A stretch of DNA of 64,000 nucleotides from an uncultured Planctomycetota bacterium (GTDB lineage Bacteria > Planctomycetota > Planctomycetia > Isosphaerales > Isosphaeraceae): positions 3,296,001-3,360,000 of the forward strand of contig CAVTTN010000002.1 in assembly GCA_963737655.1 (NCBI GenBank), written 5' to 3'. Below the pieces are notes generated by a model that did not search any database, was not told the origin of the DNA, and saw nothing but the letters and a program-made list of their open reading frames with translations. Positions 9,883-17,917 of the stretch are shown here, piece after piece. The position numbers were made by a program, and so were the translations under genes. Within the stretch, counting starts at the first letter, position 1. Every line of letters begins with the position of its first letter.

Positions 9883-11142
9883 GTGAGCACCGACCTCGTC
9901 CTCGGCCTCAAGTGTCGCCTCTGCGGCAAGCTCTACCCCAAGGCCGCCCTGAACTTCTGCACGGACGACTTCGGCCCGTTGGAAGTGGTCTACGACTACG
10001 ACGCCGTCGGCCGGACGCTCAACCGGGCCGCCATCGCCGCCCGACCCCGCACCATGTGGCGTTACCGCGAGCTCCTGCCCGTCGATGGCGAGCCCACCGT
10101 CGGCCTCCACGTCGGCGGCACGCCGCTGGTGAAGGCCGACCGCCTCGCCCGGGCCCTGGGCGTCTCCGAGCTTTACGTCAAGAACGACGCCGTGAACTAC
10201 CCCACGCTCTCGTTCAAGGATCGCGTGGTGGCGGTGGCCCTGTCGAAGGCCGTCGAGCTCGGGTTTAGCACCGTCGGATGCGCCTCGACCGGCAACCTCG
10301 CCGGGAGCGTGGCCGCCAACGCCGCCGCCGCCGGGCTCGAAGCCTACATCCTGATCCCCGACAACCTCGAGGCCGGCAAGGTCCTCGGCGCCACGATCTA
10401 CGGCGCGAAGGTCATCGCGGTCCAGGGCAATTACGACCACGTCAACCGCCTCTGCTCGCAGATCGCCTTCCGGTTCGGCTGGGGGTTCGTGAACGTGAAC
10501 CTCCGGCCGTTCTACGCCGAGGGCTCGAAGTCGATGGGCTTCGAGATCGCCGAGGACCTGGGCTGGCGGGCCCCGGATGCCGTGGTCGCGCCGATGGCCG
10601 GCGGCAGCCTGATCGGCAAGCTGTTCAAGTCCTTCAAGGAGTTCGAGACCCTCGGCCTGATCGGCCCGGTCACGACAAAAATGTTCGGGGCCCAGGCCAC
10701 CGGCTGCAACCCGATCACCAACACGGTCAAGACCGACTCGTTCAAGGTCAAGCCGGTCCGCAACCCGAACACGATCGCCAAGAGCCTGGCCATCGGCGAC
10801 CCGGCCGACGGCCTGTTCGCCTCGCAGCTCATGAGGGAAACCGGCGGCTGGGGCGAGGACGTCTCCGACGACGAGATCGTCGACGGGATGAAGCTCCTGG
10901 CGGAGACCGAAGGGATCTTCACCGAGACCGCCGGAGGCGTGACCGTGGCCGTGGCGAAGCGGCTGATCGAGCAGGGCAAGATCGACCGCGAGGGCTCCAC
11001 GGTGATCTGCATCACGGGCAACGGCCTGAAGACGCAGGAGGCCCTGCACGGCAAGGTCGCCGCCCCCGTGGTGATCCGTCCGAACCTCGAAGAGTTCGAG
11101 GCGCTCGTCGGCCTCGAAACGGGCGTCCTGGTCGGGGCCTGA
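9883..11142 (+). CDS. Threonine-synthase-like PLP enzyme (probably sulfur-carrier-dependent homocysteine synthase)
   Basis: PTLSFKDR PLP-lysine motif, ASTGNLA, PMAGGSL, ITGNGLKT, N-terminal CxxC; GTG start. Function inferred from the riboswitch and the neighbouring carrier. Confidence 0.88.
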   Translation: MSTDLVLGLKCRLCGKLYPKAALNFCTDDFGPLEVVYDYDAVGRTLNRAAIAARPRTMWRYRELLPVDGEPTVGLHVGGTPLVKADRLARALGVSELYVKNDAVNYPTLSFKDRVVAVALSKAVELGFSTVGCASTGNLAGSVAANAAAAGLEAYILIPDNLEAGKVLGATIYGAKVIAVQGNYDHVNRLCSQIAFRFGWGFVNVNLRPFYAEGSKSMGFEIAEDLGWRAPDAVVAPMAGGSLIGKLFKSFKEFETLGLIGPVTTKMFGAQATGCNPITNTVKTDSFKVKPVRNPNTIAKSLAIGDPADGLFASQLMRETGGWGEDVSDDEIVDGMKLLAETEGIFTETAGGVTVAVAKRLIEQGKIDREGSTVICITGNGLKTQEALHGKVAAPVVIRPNLEEFEALVGLETGVLVGA

Positions 11143-11195
11143 ACCGGGTTTTTCCGCGCACTCTCCACCCTCTCCCGAAGTCAGGAACCGCCAAG

Positions 11196-11465
11196 ATGGC
11201 CCTGGTCCGAATCCCCACGCCCCTCCGCCCCCACGCCGACGGCCAGGACTCCATCGAGGCCGCCGGCTCCACGGTCGGAGAAGTCCTGATCGCCCTGACC
11301 ACGGCCCACCCCGCGCTCAAGGAGCGAATCCTCGAGGGCGGAGAGGTCCGCCGGTTCGTCAACGTCTTCGTGAACAACGAGGACATCCGCTACCTCGACG
11401 ACCTGGCGACCCCCGTCGCCGAAAAGGACGAGGTCAGCATCATCCCGGCGATCGCCGGAGGGTGA
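11196..11465 (+). CDS. MoaD/ThiS/CysO-family ubiquitin-like sulfur carrier protein
   Basis: MALVRIPTPLR...RRFVNVFVNNEDIRYLDDLATP...IIPAIAGG, with C-terminal Gly-Gly; 89 aa. Confidence 0.93.
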   Translation: MALVRIPTPLRPHADGQDSIEAAGSTVGEVLIALTTAHPALKERILEGGEVRRFVNVFVNNEDIRYLDDLATPVAEKDEVSIIPAIAGG

Positions 11466-11472
11466 GGCCCGC

Positions 11473-12519
11473 ATGTCCGCCGCACCCCGACCCGCTCGCC
11501 CTCGCCGACGATTCGGCCTCCGACTTCGGGGGCTCATGTTCGTCGTTCTGTTGATCGGCCTGGGGCTCGGAGATCTCCGGCACCGGATCGTGACCCAGAG
11601 GGAGGCCGTTGCCGGCATCGAGCGAGGGGGCGGTTTCATCACTTACGACTACGCGGTTGGAAATGAGACCAGCACGAAAGAGCCTCCGGGACCCGCCTGG
11701 CTCCGCGAAATCGTCGGCGACGAGCTCTTCCAGGAGGTCGCCGAAGTGGAGTTCCCACAGATCTTTCACGGGGGGCCCAACGGACCGATCGATGATGCAA
11801 CGCTCTCTCACCTCGAAAACTTTCTTGAGCTGCGAAGCCTCTCCGTTCGTCGAGACGTCTCCGGCGACAGCGACATTTGCCGACATCTGGGTAGACTGAC
11901 GAAGCTCGAACACCTGGAACTGCTCGGCATTCCCGTTGGCGATGTGGGGTTGGCGAAGCTTTCGGGCTTGAAACTCCTCAAATATCTCGATCTAAGCGGT
12001 TCAGACCTCACCGCTGATGGGATCGGGCAGTTGCGCACGCTCACGAATCTGGAGGATCTCGACCTCAGCGACACGGCAATCAAGGACGAATCGTTGAGAA
12101 TTCTGGAGAATATGGTCCACTTGAAGCATCTGAGTTTGCGACGGAATTCCCCGGAGGGTCATTCGATCACAGATATCGGCCTCTCACGCCTGGCCCATCT
12201 CACCGGTCTAGAGGAACTGGACCTGGCCGGAACCGAGATTTCCGACGGCGGACTGGTTTACCTGCGTCGAATGAAAAAACTCGAACACATCGATTTATCA
12301 TATACGAATATAGGCGACCGCGGGATGGACGAGATCGCCAGGTTGAAGACACTGATTAACCTGAACCTATGCGAGACAGGGGTTGGGAACGACGGCATCC
12401 TGAAACTGAAGCCCCTTGTATCGCTTCGCATGCTGAGCATCAGCGGCACGACCATCAGCGGTCCCGCCGTCACAGAGTTGAAGAGGTCACTACCGTCACT
12501 CGTCGTGTCTCGCAACTGA
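11473..12519 (+). CDS. Membrane-anchored leucine-rich repeat protein
   Basis: About 24-aa repeats LxxLxxLxxLDLSxTxIxDxGL; N-terminal RFGLRLRGLMFVVLLIG anchor; visibly more AT-rich codons than neighbours. Confidence 0.88.
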   Translation: MSAAPRPARPRRRFGLRLRGLMFVVLLIGLGLGDLRHRIVTQREAVAGIERGGGFITYDYAVGNETSTKEPPGPAWLREIVGDELFQEVAEVEFPQIFHGGPNGPIDDATLSHLENFLELRSLSVRRDVSGDSDICRHLGRLTKLEHLELLGIPVGDVGLAKLSGLKLLKYLDLSGSDLTADGIGQLRTLTNLEDLDLSDTAIKDESLRILENMVHLKHLSLRRNSPEGHSITDIGLSRLAHLTGLEELDLAGTEISDGGLVYLRRMKKLEHIDLSYTNIGDRGMDEIARLKTLINLNLCETGVGNDGILKLKPLVSLRMLSISGTTISGPAVTELKRSLPSLVVSRN

Positions 12520-12559
12520 TAGCAAATCGATGCCTCACTCGCAGACAGGAACCGCCTCG

Positions 12560-13612
12560 ATGGCCTTCGCCTCGAATCCCGATGACCCGCTCGACCGCTA
12601 CTCCCGCCAGGTCCGCTTCCTCGGCATGGGAGAGGACGGCCAGCGGCGCTTGATGGCCTCTCGCGTGACGATCTGCGGATGCGGGGCCCTGGGCACCGTC
12701 CTGGCCAATCATCTCGTCCGCGCGGGCGTGGGGTTCGTTCGGATCATCGACCGCGACTTCATCGAGACGCATAATCTCCAGAGGCAGATCCTGTTCGACG
12801 AGCAGGACGTGGCCGACAATCTCCCCAAGGCCGAGGCCGCCGCTCGGAAGCTCCGCAAGATCAATAGCGCCGTCACCATCGAGCCGATCGTCACCGACAT
12901 CGATCATACGAACATTGAGGCGTTCGCCTCCGACGTGGATTTGCTCCTGGACGGCACGGACAACTTCGAGACCCGCTACCTGATCAACGACGCCGCCGTG
13001 AAGCTCGGCAAGCCTTGGATTTTTGGCGGGGTGATCGGCAGCGAAGGCCAGACGATGACGATCCTGCCCGGGCAGACGCCCTGCATCCGGTGCGTCGTGG
13101 AGGACACGCCGCCCCCCGGGATGGCGCCGACGTGTGAGACGGCCGGCGTCCTCGGGCCGGCGGTGGCCGTCGTCGCGTCGTTCGAGGCCGCCGAGGCGCT
13201 GAAGATCCTCGCCGGCCGGACCGAGCAGTTGAACAAGAAGCTGATCATGTTCGACATCTGGGACTGGTCGTTCCGCGAGCTCAAGATCGCGGCGTTGAGG
13301 GACAAGGTCGATTGCCCCTGCTGCAAGCACAGGCAGTTCGAGTGGCTCGACGGCAAGCTCGGCTCGCACACGACCACCCTTTGCGGGCGGAACGCCGTTC
13401 AGGTCGCCACCCGGCGGAATCAGCCGCTGAACTTCGCCGAGATGGCCGGCCGGCTCGCCCCTCTGGGCGAGGTCCGGCACAATGCCTTCATGCTCCGGTT
13501 CGCGGCCGAGGGGCACGAGTTCACCGTCTTCCCCGACGGCCGGGCGATCATCAAGGGCACCAACGACATCGCCAAGGCCCGGACGCTCTACGCCCAGTTC
13601 GTCGGCAGTTGA
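12560..13612 (+). CDS. MoeB/ThiF-family adenylyltransferase (sulfur-carrier activating)
   Basis: RYSRQ, GCGALG, DRDFIETHNLQRQILF, DGTDNFETR, PCIRC...CETAG, CPCC; no rhodanese domain. Confidence 0.92.
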   Translation: MAFASNPDDPLDRYSRQVRFLGMGEDGQRRLMASRVTICGCGALGTVLANHLVRAGVGFVRIIDRDFIETHNLQRQILFDEQDVADNLPKAEAAARKLRKINSAVTIEPIVTDIDHTNIEAFASDVDLLLDGTDNFETRYLINDAAVKLGKPWIFGGVIGSEGQTMTILPGQTPCIRCVVEDTPPPGMAPTCETAGVLGPAVAVVASFEAAEALKILAGRTEQLNKKLIMFDIWDWSFRELKIAALRDKVDCPCCKHRQFEWLDGKLGSHTTTLCGRNAVQVATRRNQPLNFAEMAGRLAPLGEVRHNAFMLRFAAEGHEFTVFPDGRAIIKGTNDIAKARTLYAQFVGS

Positions 13613-13631
13613 GCATGGCCGTCCTCCGATC

Positions 13632-13729
13632 CACCACAAAGCCACGAAGGACTCGAAGGAAGACACAAAGAAGACAAGGGCTCCCCTCTTCTTTGTGTCT
13701 TCCTTCGAGTCCTTCGTGGCTTTGTGGTG
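13632..13729. repeat. Perfect 43-bp inverted repeat with 12-nt loop (REP-like doublet, possible bidirectional terminator)
   Basis: CACCACAAAGCCACGAAGGACTCGAAGGAAGACACAAAGAAGA (13632-13674) and its exact reverse complement (13687-13729), between convergent genes. Confidence 0.92.
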
Positions 13730-13884
13730 AATCGGCCAGCCGAGTGTGACTTTGCCGCCGGCCCGGGGATCCCGACCCGCGACAGTCGCCGTGCCTTCCC
13801 CCCCGGGAGCACGACGCCTGAACGCGGGCCGGGATCCTCGGGCCGGCGGTCCGGCTCCGAGTCCTGGCGATCTCTGCGGATCGA

Positions 13885-15411
13885 TCAGGGCCAGACGTTC
13901 TTGATCCAGGAAGCGATCTGAATGTAGATCGGGATGCCGATGGTGACGTTGAACGAGAACGTGAGTCCGAGCGAGGCCGCCAGGGGCAGAGTCGGGCTGG
14001 CCTCGGGGATCGCCAGCCTCTGGACGGCCGGGACCGCGATGTAGCTTGCCGCGGCACAGAGGACTGCGAACAGGACGTAGGTGCCCGGCTGGAAGTCCGA
14101 GTGGGTGAACTTCGAGTAGGCGTGGGCCACGAAGATGCCGATCGTCGCGAACAGGATCGGCCCGGCGATCCCGAAGACGATGTAGCCCCAGCCGGCCGTC
14201 TTCAGGTCCTTCAGCTTCCTCGACGCCGTCATCCCCATCTCCAGGAGGAAGAGGCAGAGGATGCCCTGGAACAGGTTGAGGAAGAAGTTGTCGTCCTCCC
14301 TCGTCACGGCGGCCCCTTGCTTGCCCGAGATGAACCCGATCAGGATGCCGCCGAAGAGGAGGTAGAGGCCCGGGTTGAGGAAGACCTCGTGGAGGAGCTG
14401 CGGGCTGAATCCACCCTTCTTCTTCGGAGTCCCATTGCCGTGGCCGTTGCCCTCGCCGACGACCTCCATCGACATCTTCTTCTCGTCCTGGACGCCGTGG
14501 GCGTCGCCCTCGCCGTGACCTCCGCCGTGGCCGTGCTCGCCAAGGGAGATCGGAGGCTTGGCGTTCGGGTCATAGCCCGGCTCGTCGGGCATGGTGCCGG
14601 CCGGGTCCATCCCCTGATTCCTCAGCCGGGACACCAGATAGAGCGCCACGAGGCAGCCGGGGATTTCCATCACGGCCAACATCACGGGCATGTACGCATC
14701 GTACTGCATGTTGATCGACGCCAGGACGCCGAGGCAGGTCACGAACGTGCCCGCCGAGTCCGAGCCGTAGTAGCCCGCGACCGTCGCCTTGTCGATCCGC
14801 CTCATCCGCGTCATCAAGGAGAGCCCGATATAAGCCAGCACTCCGATGACGAAGTTCGTCATGAACCCCGTGAGCATGAATCCCAACGCCTTGCCGAGGA
14901 TGCTCGAATCCAGGTTCGCGAGCTCCTCGCCCCCGTGCCAGCCGATCGCCACCAGCAGGTAGATGACCAGGGCCTGATAGACGACATACGGGAACTCGAA
15001 CTTCACGCGTAAGATCGGGACGAGGAAGCCCATGTAGAAAAAGAGGAGCAACGGCTTGAACAGGTTGTGCGTGAAATTGTGCCAGAACTCCAGGAGGGGC
15101 GGCCGATACGGCGGGAGCGGGATCGTGTGAACCTCTCCGGCGATCGCCGCGTTGGTGATGCTGACCCGCTGATCCACCTGAAGCTCTTCGAATTTCAGGG
15201 GTTCGGACTCGCCCTTGGCGAACGTCGTGTTCTCGGGGATGGCGATCCGGATCTCCTTGTGGAGCGCGCCTCCCTCGGGTTTCAGCGTGATGATCCTCTT
15301 CTCGCGATCGATTTTCTTGATGGTCCCCTTGTATTCCTGGGCGGAGGCCGTGGCGGCGGCGAGGCCGAGGAGCAGCGCGGTCATCGCGCAGGCGGTCGAG
15401 CGCAGACGCAT
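13885..15411 (-). CDS. Sodium-dependent bicarbonate transporter family permease (SbtA/DUF897) with N-terminal exported domain
   Basis: YLLVAIGWHGG, YYGSDSAGTF, LFLLEMGM, ASYIAVPA, SLGLTFSFNVTIGIPIY match SbtA-family motifs. Signal peptide MRLRS...ASA; GAAGGAG RBS. Confidence 0.88.
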   Translation of the reverse strand: MRLRSTACAMTALLLGLAAATASAQEYKGTIKKIDREKRIITLKPEGGALHKEIRIAIPENTTFAKGESEPLKFEELQVDQRVSITNAAIAGEVHTIPLPPYRPPLLEFWHNFTHNLFKPLLLFFYMGFLVPILRVKFEFPYVVYQALVIYLLVAIGWHGGEELANLDSSILGKALGFMLTGFMTNFVIGVLAYIGLSLMTRMRRIDKATVAGYYGSDSAGTFVTCLGVLASINMQYDAYMPVMLAVMEIPGCLVALYLVSRLRNQGMDPAGTMPDEPGYDPNAKPPISLGEHGHGGGHGEGDAHGVQDEKKMSMEVVGEGNGHGNGTPKKKGGFSPQLLHEVFLNPGLYLLFGGILIGFISGKQGAAVTREDDNFFLNLFQGILCLFLLEMGMTASRKLKDLKTAGWGYIVFGIAGPILFATIGIFVAHAYSKFTHSDFQPGTYVLFAVLCAAASYIAVPAVQRLAIPEASPTLPLAASLGLTFSFNVTIGIPIYIQIASWIKNVWP

Positions 15412-15676
15412 CGAAACATCTCCTTCGATCCGAGGGGGGGGAAGCGACTCGTCGCCGGTCCGCTCCCGGGACGGAAGCGTATGAGGGACCAGGGCGACTC
15501 GGACGGGCCTCGGTCGATCCACGAAGGGCGAGGTCCAGGACCACGGCCAGGTCGTCAAGGGATCGAGGGCAAGACCAACGGCGAGCTCTGTCTCGCGGCC
15601 TCGCATCGCCGGAGGTGCCCCGACGCGCGAGAAGTGGACCGAGCCCGCCGGGAATGGTGGCGGGGCCGCGTCGCCA

Positions 15677-16024
15677 TCAGCAACGGAGAGAGCGGCGGTG
15701 GGATGAGCGATCGATCCCGGGCAGGAGCCGACACTCCTGGACCACCCACGACCTGGGCCCGAGACCCGAGATCGAGGACGAGCTGTCGGCCGCCGGCAGG
15801 GATCGCGAAGGCTCGTCGTCCTCTTCGGCCTGGACCTCGCCCTCGTCGGTCGAGAGGCAGAAGTCCTTCAGAGGGATCGACGAATCCTCGTCCACGGCCG
15901 CGAAGGCGATCGGCGCGGGCGATGGTGCCGCGTGGCACGCAGACCCCATCGCCGAGGGGCCAGCCGGGGCTGCCGGGCCCGACGTTGTCCACGCCAACAA
16001 TGTCGCCGCGATCGCCATCAGCAT
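15677..16024 (-). CDS. Small hypothetical protein (hydrophobic N-terminus, acidic patch, C-terminal SLRC)
   Basis: ORF between the sigma54-like site and the sbtA-like gene, on the same strand. Start uncertain. Confidence 0.4.
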   Translation of the reverse strand: MLMAIAATLLAWTTSGPAAPAGPSAMGSACHAAPSPAPIAFAAVDEDSSIPLKDFCLSTDEGEVQAEEDDEPSRSLPAADSSSSISGLGPRSWVVQECRLLPGIDRSSHRRSLRC

Positions 16025-16089
16025 GGGAGGGCTGTCGCCTCGGCATCGGAACTTGCGGTGAGTGTCACTGTAGGGCGCTTCATCACGAG

Positions 16090-16107
16090 TTGCAAGATGC
16101 GAGCCGG
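16090..16107 (-). promoter_or_regulatory. sigma54 (-24/-12)-like promoter
   Basis: Minus strand CCGGCTCGCATCTTGCAA = GG-N10-GC with TTGCA, versus consensus TGGCACG-N4-TTGCW. Confidence 0.55.
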
Positions 16108-16322
16108 ATCAAGGTTCGGTTCGGCTCAGGCGGTCTCTCAAACCGCGCGAAACCGCATTCGACCGCGCATGAGAGGTCAGTCGAAATCCCGACCGCCGGG
16201 CCGACACGATTCCGAAAAAAGTTTCCGCTGGCCGGGGCCCGAGCGGACGGATTACTCTGGACCCTGCCCCGATCGATGTTTGCTCGCCGTCCTTCGCGTC
16301 CTGGCCGACCGGAGTCCTCGTC

Positions 16323-17648
16323 GTGTTGAAATCCCCTCTCGTTCTGCTCGGCACCGTGCTCGCCTGCGGTTCCATCGCGATTGCCGATTCCCCGCTCGAT
16401 CGTGCCTCGCCCGAGGCCCGACGACGATTCGAGGATGTCGCCTCTGCCTACAAGTCGTTGGCCGCCTACGCCGATGCCGGAACCTTCACCCGATCCACGT
16501 CCGCCGGGGAGGCGCCTCGGGTCGAGACCGCGCCGCTCTCGGTCCGCTTCGTCAGGCCCAACCGGATTGTCCTGGACGCCGGGGAAGTCCGGATCGTCGG
16601 CGACGGTAAGCTGCTGACGACCCTGCTGGTCCCGACGAAGAAGTTCCTCTCCGCCCCCAGCCCGGCCAGCCTCTCGATCACGCCGATCGCCGACGGGCCG
16701 GCCGGAGCGATCCTCCTGGGAGGGCCGAGCGGATCGGCCGCCCAGCTCGTCTTGAAGCTGGTCCTGGGGGCCGAACCCGTCGATGCCTTGCCCGATCGCG
16801 CGACGGGATTGGCCGTCGAGGATGACCGACCGATCGAGGGCAAACCGTTCCAGGTCCTGAGGATCGATCAGGGCGAGGAACCCGCCATCCGTCTCCTGAT
16901 CGACCCGCAGTCTCGCCTGATCCGCCGGGTGGAGACGGTGTTGGACGACGCCTCCGTCGCGGCGAAATCCCCCTCGGGCTCGGGACTCAAAGGGATGACG
17001 ATGGCATGGGATTCCGGCCCGATCGCCACCGACGCGCCGAAGGACGACGCCTTCCGCTTCCAGGAGCCGGCCGGGTTCGCCCGGATCAAGGCCCCCGAGC
17101 CCAAGCCCGCCGCCGCCGAGGCCAAGAACGAATTCGTCGGCAAGATCTCGCCCGATTTTACGCTGACCGTCCTCGACGGACCCGGCAAGACGAAGAAGGT
17201 GACTCGTGCCGACCTGGCCGGCAAGGTCGTCGTCCTGGACTTCTGGGCCACCTGGTGCGGCCCTTGCATGCAGGAGCTTCCGGAGATCCAGAAGCTCGCA
17301 GAGTCCTACGCGAAGGCGAAGAAGACCGAGGTCGTGATCCTCGCGGTGAGCCAGGACCGCGCCCCGGAAGACGGCAAGGACGTCCGCAAGCTCGTGGAGG
17401 ACACCCTGGAAGCCAAGAAGCTCGACCTGCTCGGGGGCCCGATCGCCCGGGTGGCCCTGGACCCGGAGCAGGCCGTCGGCGAGCTCTTCAAGGTCGAAGG
17501 CATCCCCACCGTCGTGATCCTCGACGCCAAGGGGGTGGTCCAGTCGGTCCATGTCGGCTACTCGGAGGACGTGAAGGACGTCCTGGCGGGCGAGATTGAC
17601 GCCCTCCTCGAAGGGAAGGCCCTCGCTCCCGCGGAACCGAAGAAATAG
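16323..17648 (+). CDS. Exported TlpA-like thiol-disulfide oxidoreductase with N-terminal LolA-like (DUF2092-type) domain
   Basis: Signal peptide; VRPNRI beta-rich region; PDFTL, GKVVVLDFWATWCGPC, FKVEGIPTVVILD. TTG start. Confidence 0.88.
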   Translation: MLKSPLVLLGTVLACGSIAIADSPLDRASPEARRRFEDVASAYKSLAAYADAGTFTRSTSAGEAPRVETAPLSVRFVRPNRIVLDAGEVRIVGDGKLLTTLLVPTKKFLSAPSPASLSITPIADGPAGAILLGGPSGSAAQLVLKLVLGAEPVDALPDRATGLAVEDDRPIEGKPFQVLRIDQGEEPAIRLLIDPQSRLIRRVETVLDDASVAAKSPSGSGLKGMTMAWDSGPIATDAPKDDAFRFQEPAGFARIKAPEPKPAAAEAKNEFVGKISPDFTLTVLDGPGKTKKVTRADLAGKVVVLDFWATWCGPCMQELPEIQKLAESYAKAKKTEVVILAVSQDRAPEDGKDVRKLVEDTLEAKKLDLLGGPIARVALDPEQAVGELFKVEGIPTVVILDAKGVVQSVHVGYSEDVKDVLAGEIDALLEGKALAPAEPKK

Positions 17649-17847
17649 TCGGCATTTCCGGCAAGAATGCCCGCGCCGGGAGCCCCCGTTCGATCCTTCT
17701 CTCCAATTCTTCTCCCGGGATTCGAAGTCGTTTCACCACGGACCTATACATTTCTTGGGAGAAGATATCGTCGGGTGCGTGGGATGCTCCATCCGTGATC
17801 CTCAAGAAAGGATGACGCAGGCCATGCACCCGACCTCCGAGACGCCC

Positions 17848-17876
17848 TTGTTTTCTGAACGTCTGGCCAGTAGAAT
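17848..17876 (+). promoter_or_regulatory. sigma70-type promoter of the radical SAM gene
   Basis: TTGTTT, 17 nt, TAGAAT, followed by a GGGAGG RBS. Confidence 0.4.
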
Positions 17877-17917
17877 CGGGCGGTGACGGACCGTCCAGAC
17901 GCGAAGGGAGGGGGACG

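Noticed and set aside
9883..11142. Assigning the symbol thrC
   Set aside because: The fold fits, but the SAM riboswitch and sulfur-carrier context argue for a different function.
11196..13612. Molybdopterin or thiamine biosynthesis locus (moaD/moeB, thiS/thiF), or a ubiquitin-like antiphage system
   Set aside because: No moaE, moaA, thiG, E2 or JAB genes nearby, and the leader is SAM-type, not Moco- or TPP-type.
13632..13729. Possible CRISPR array
   Set aside because: Only two inverted copies, no direct repeat-spacer series and no cas genes; the same holds for the other palindromes.
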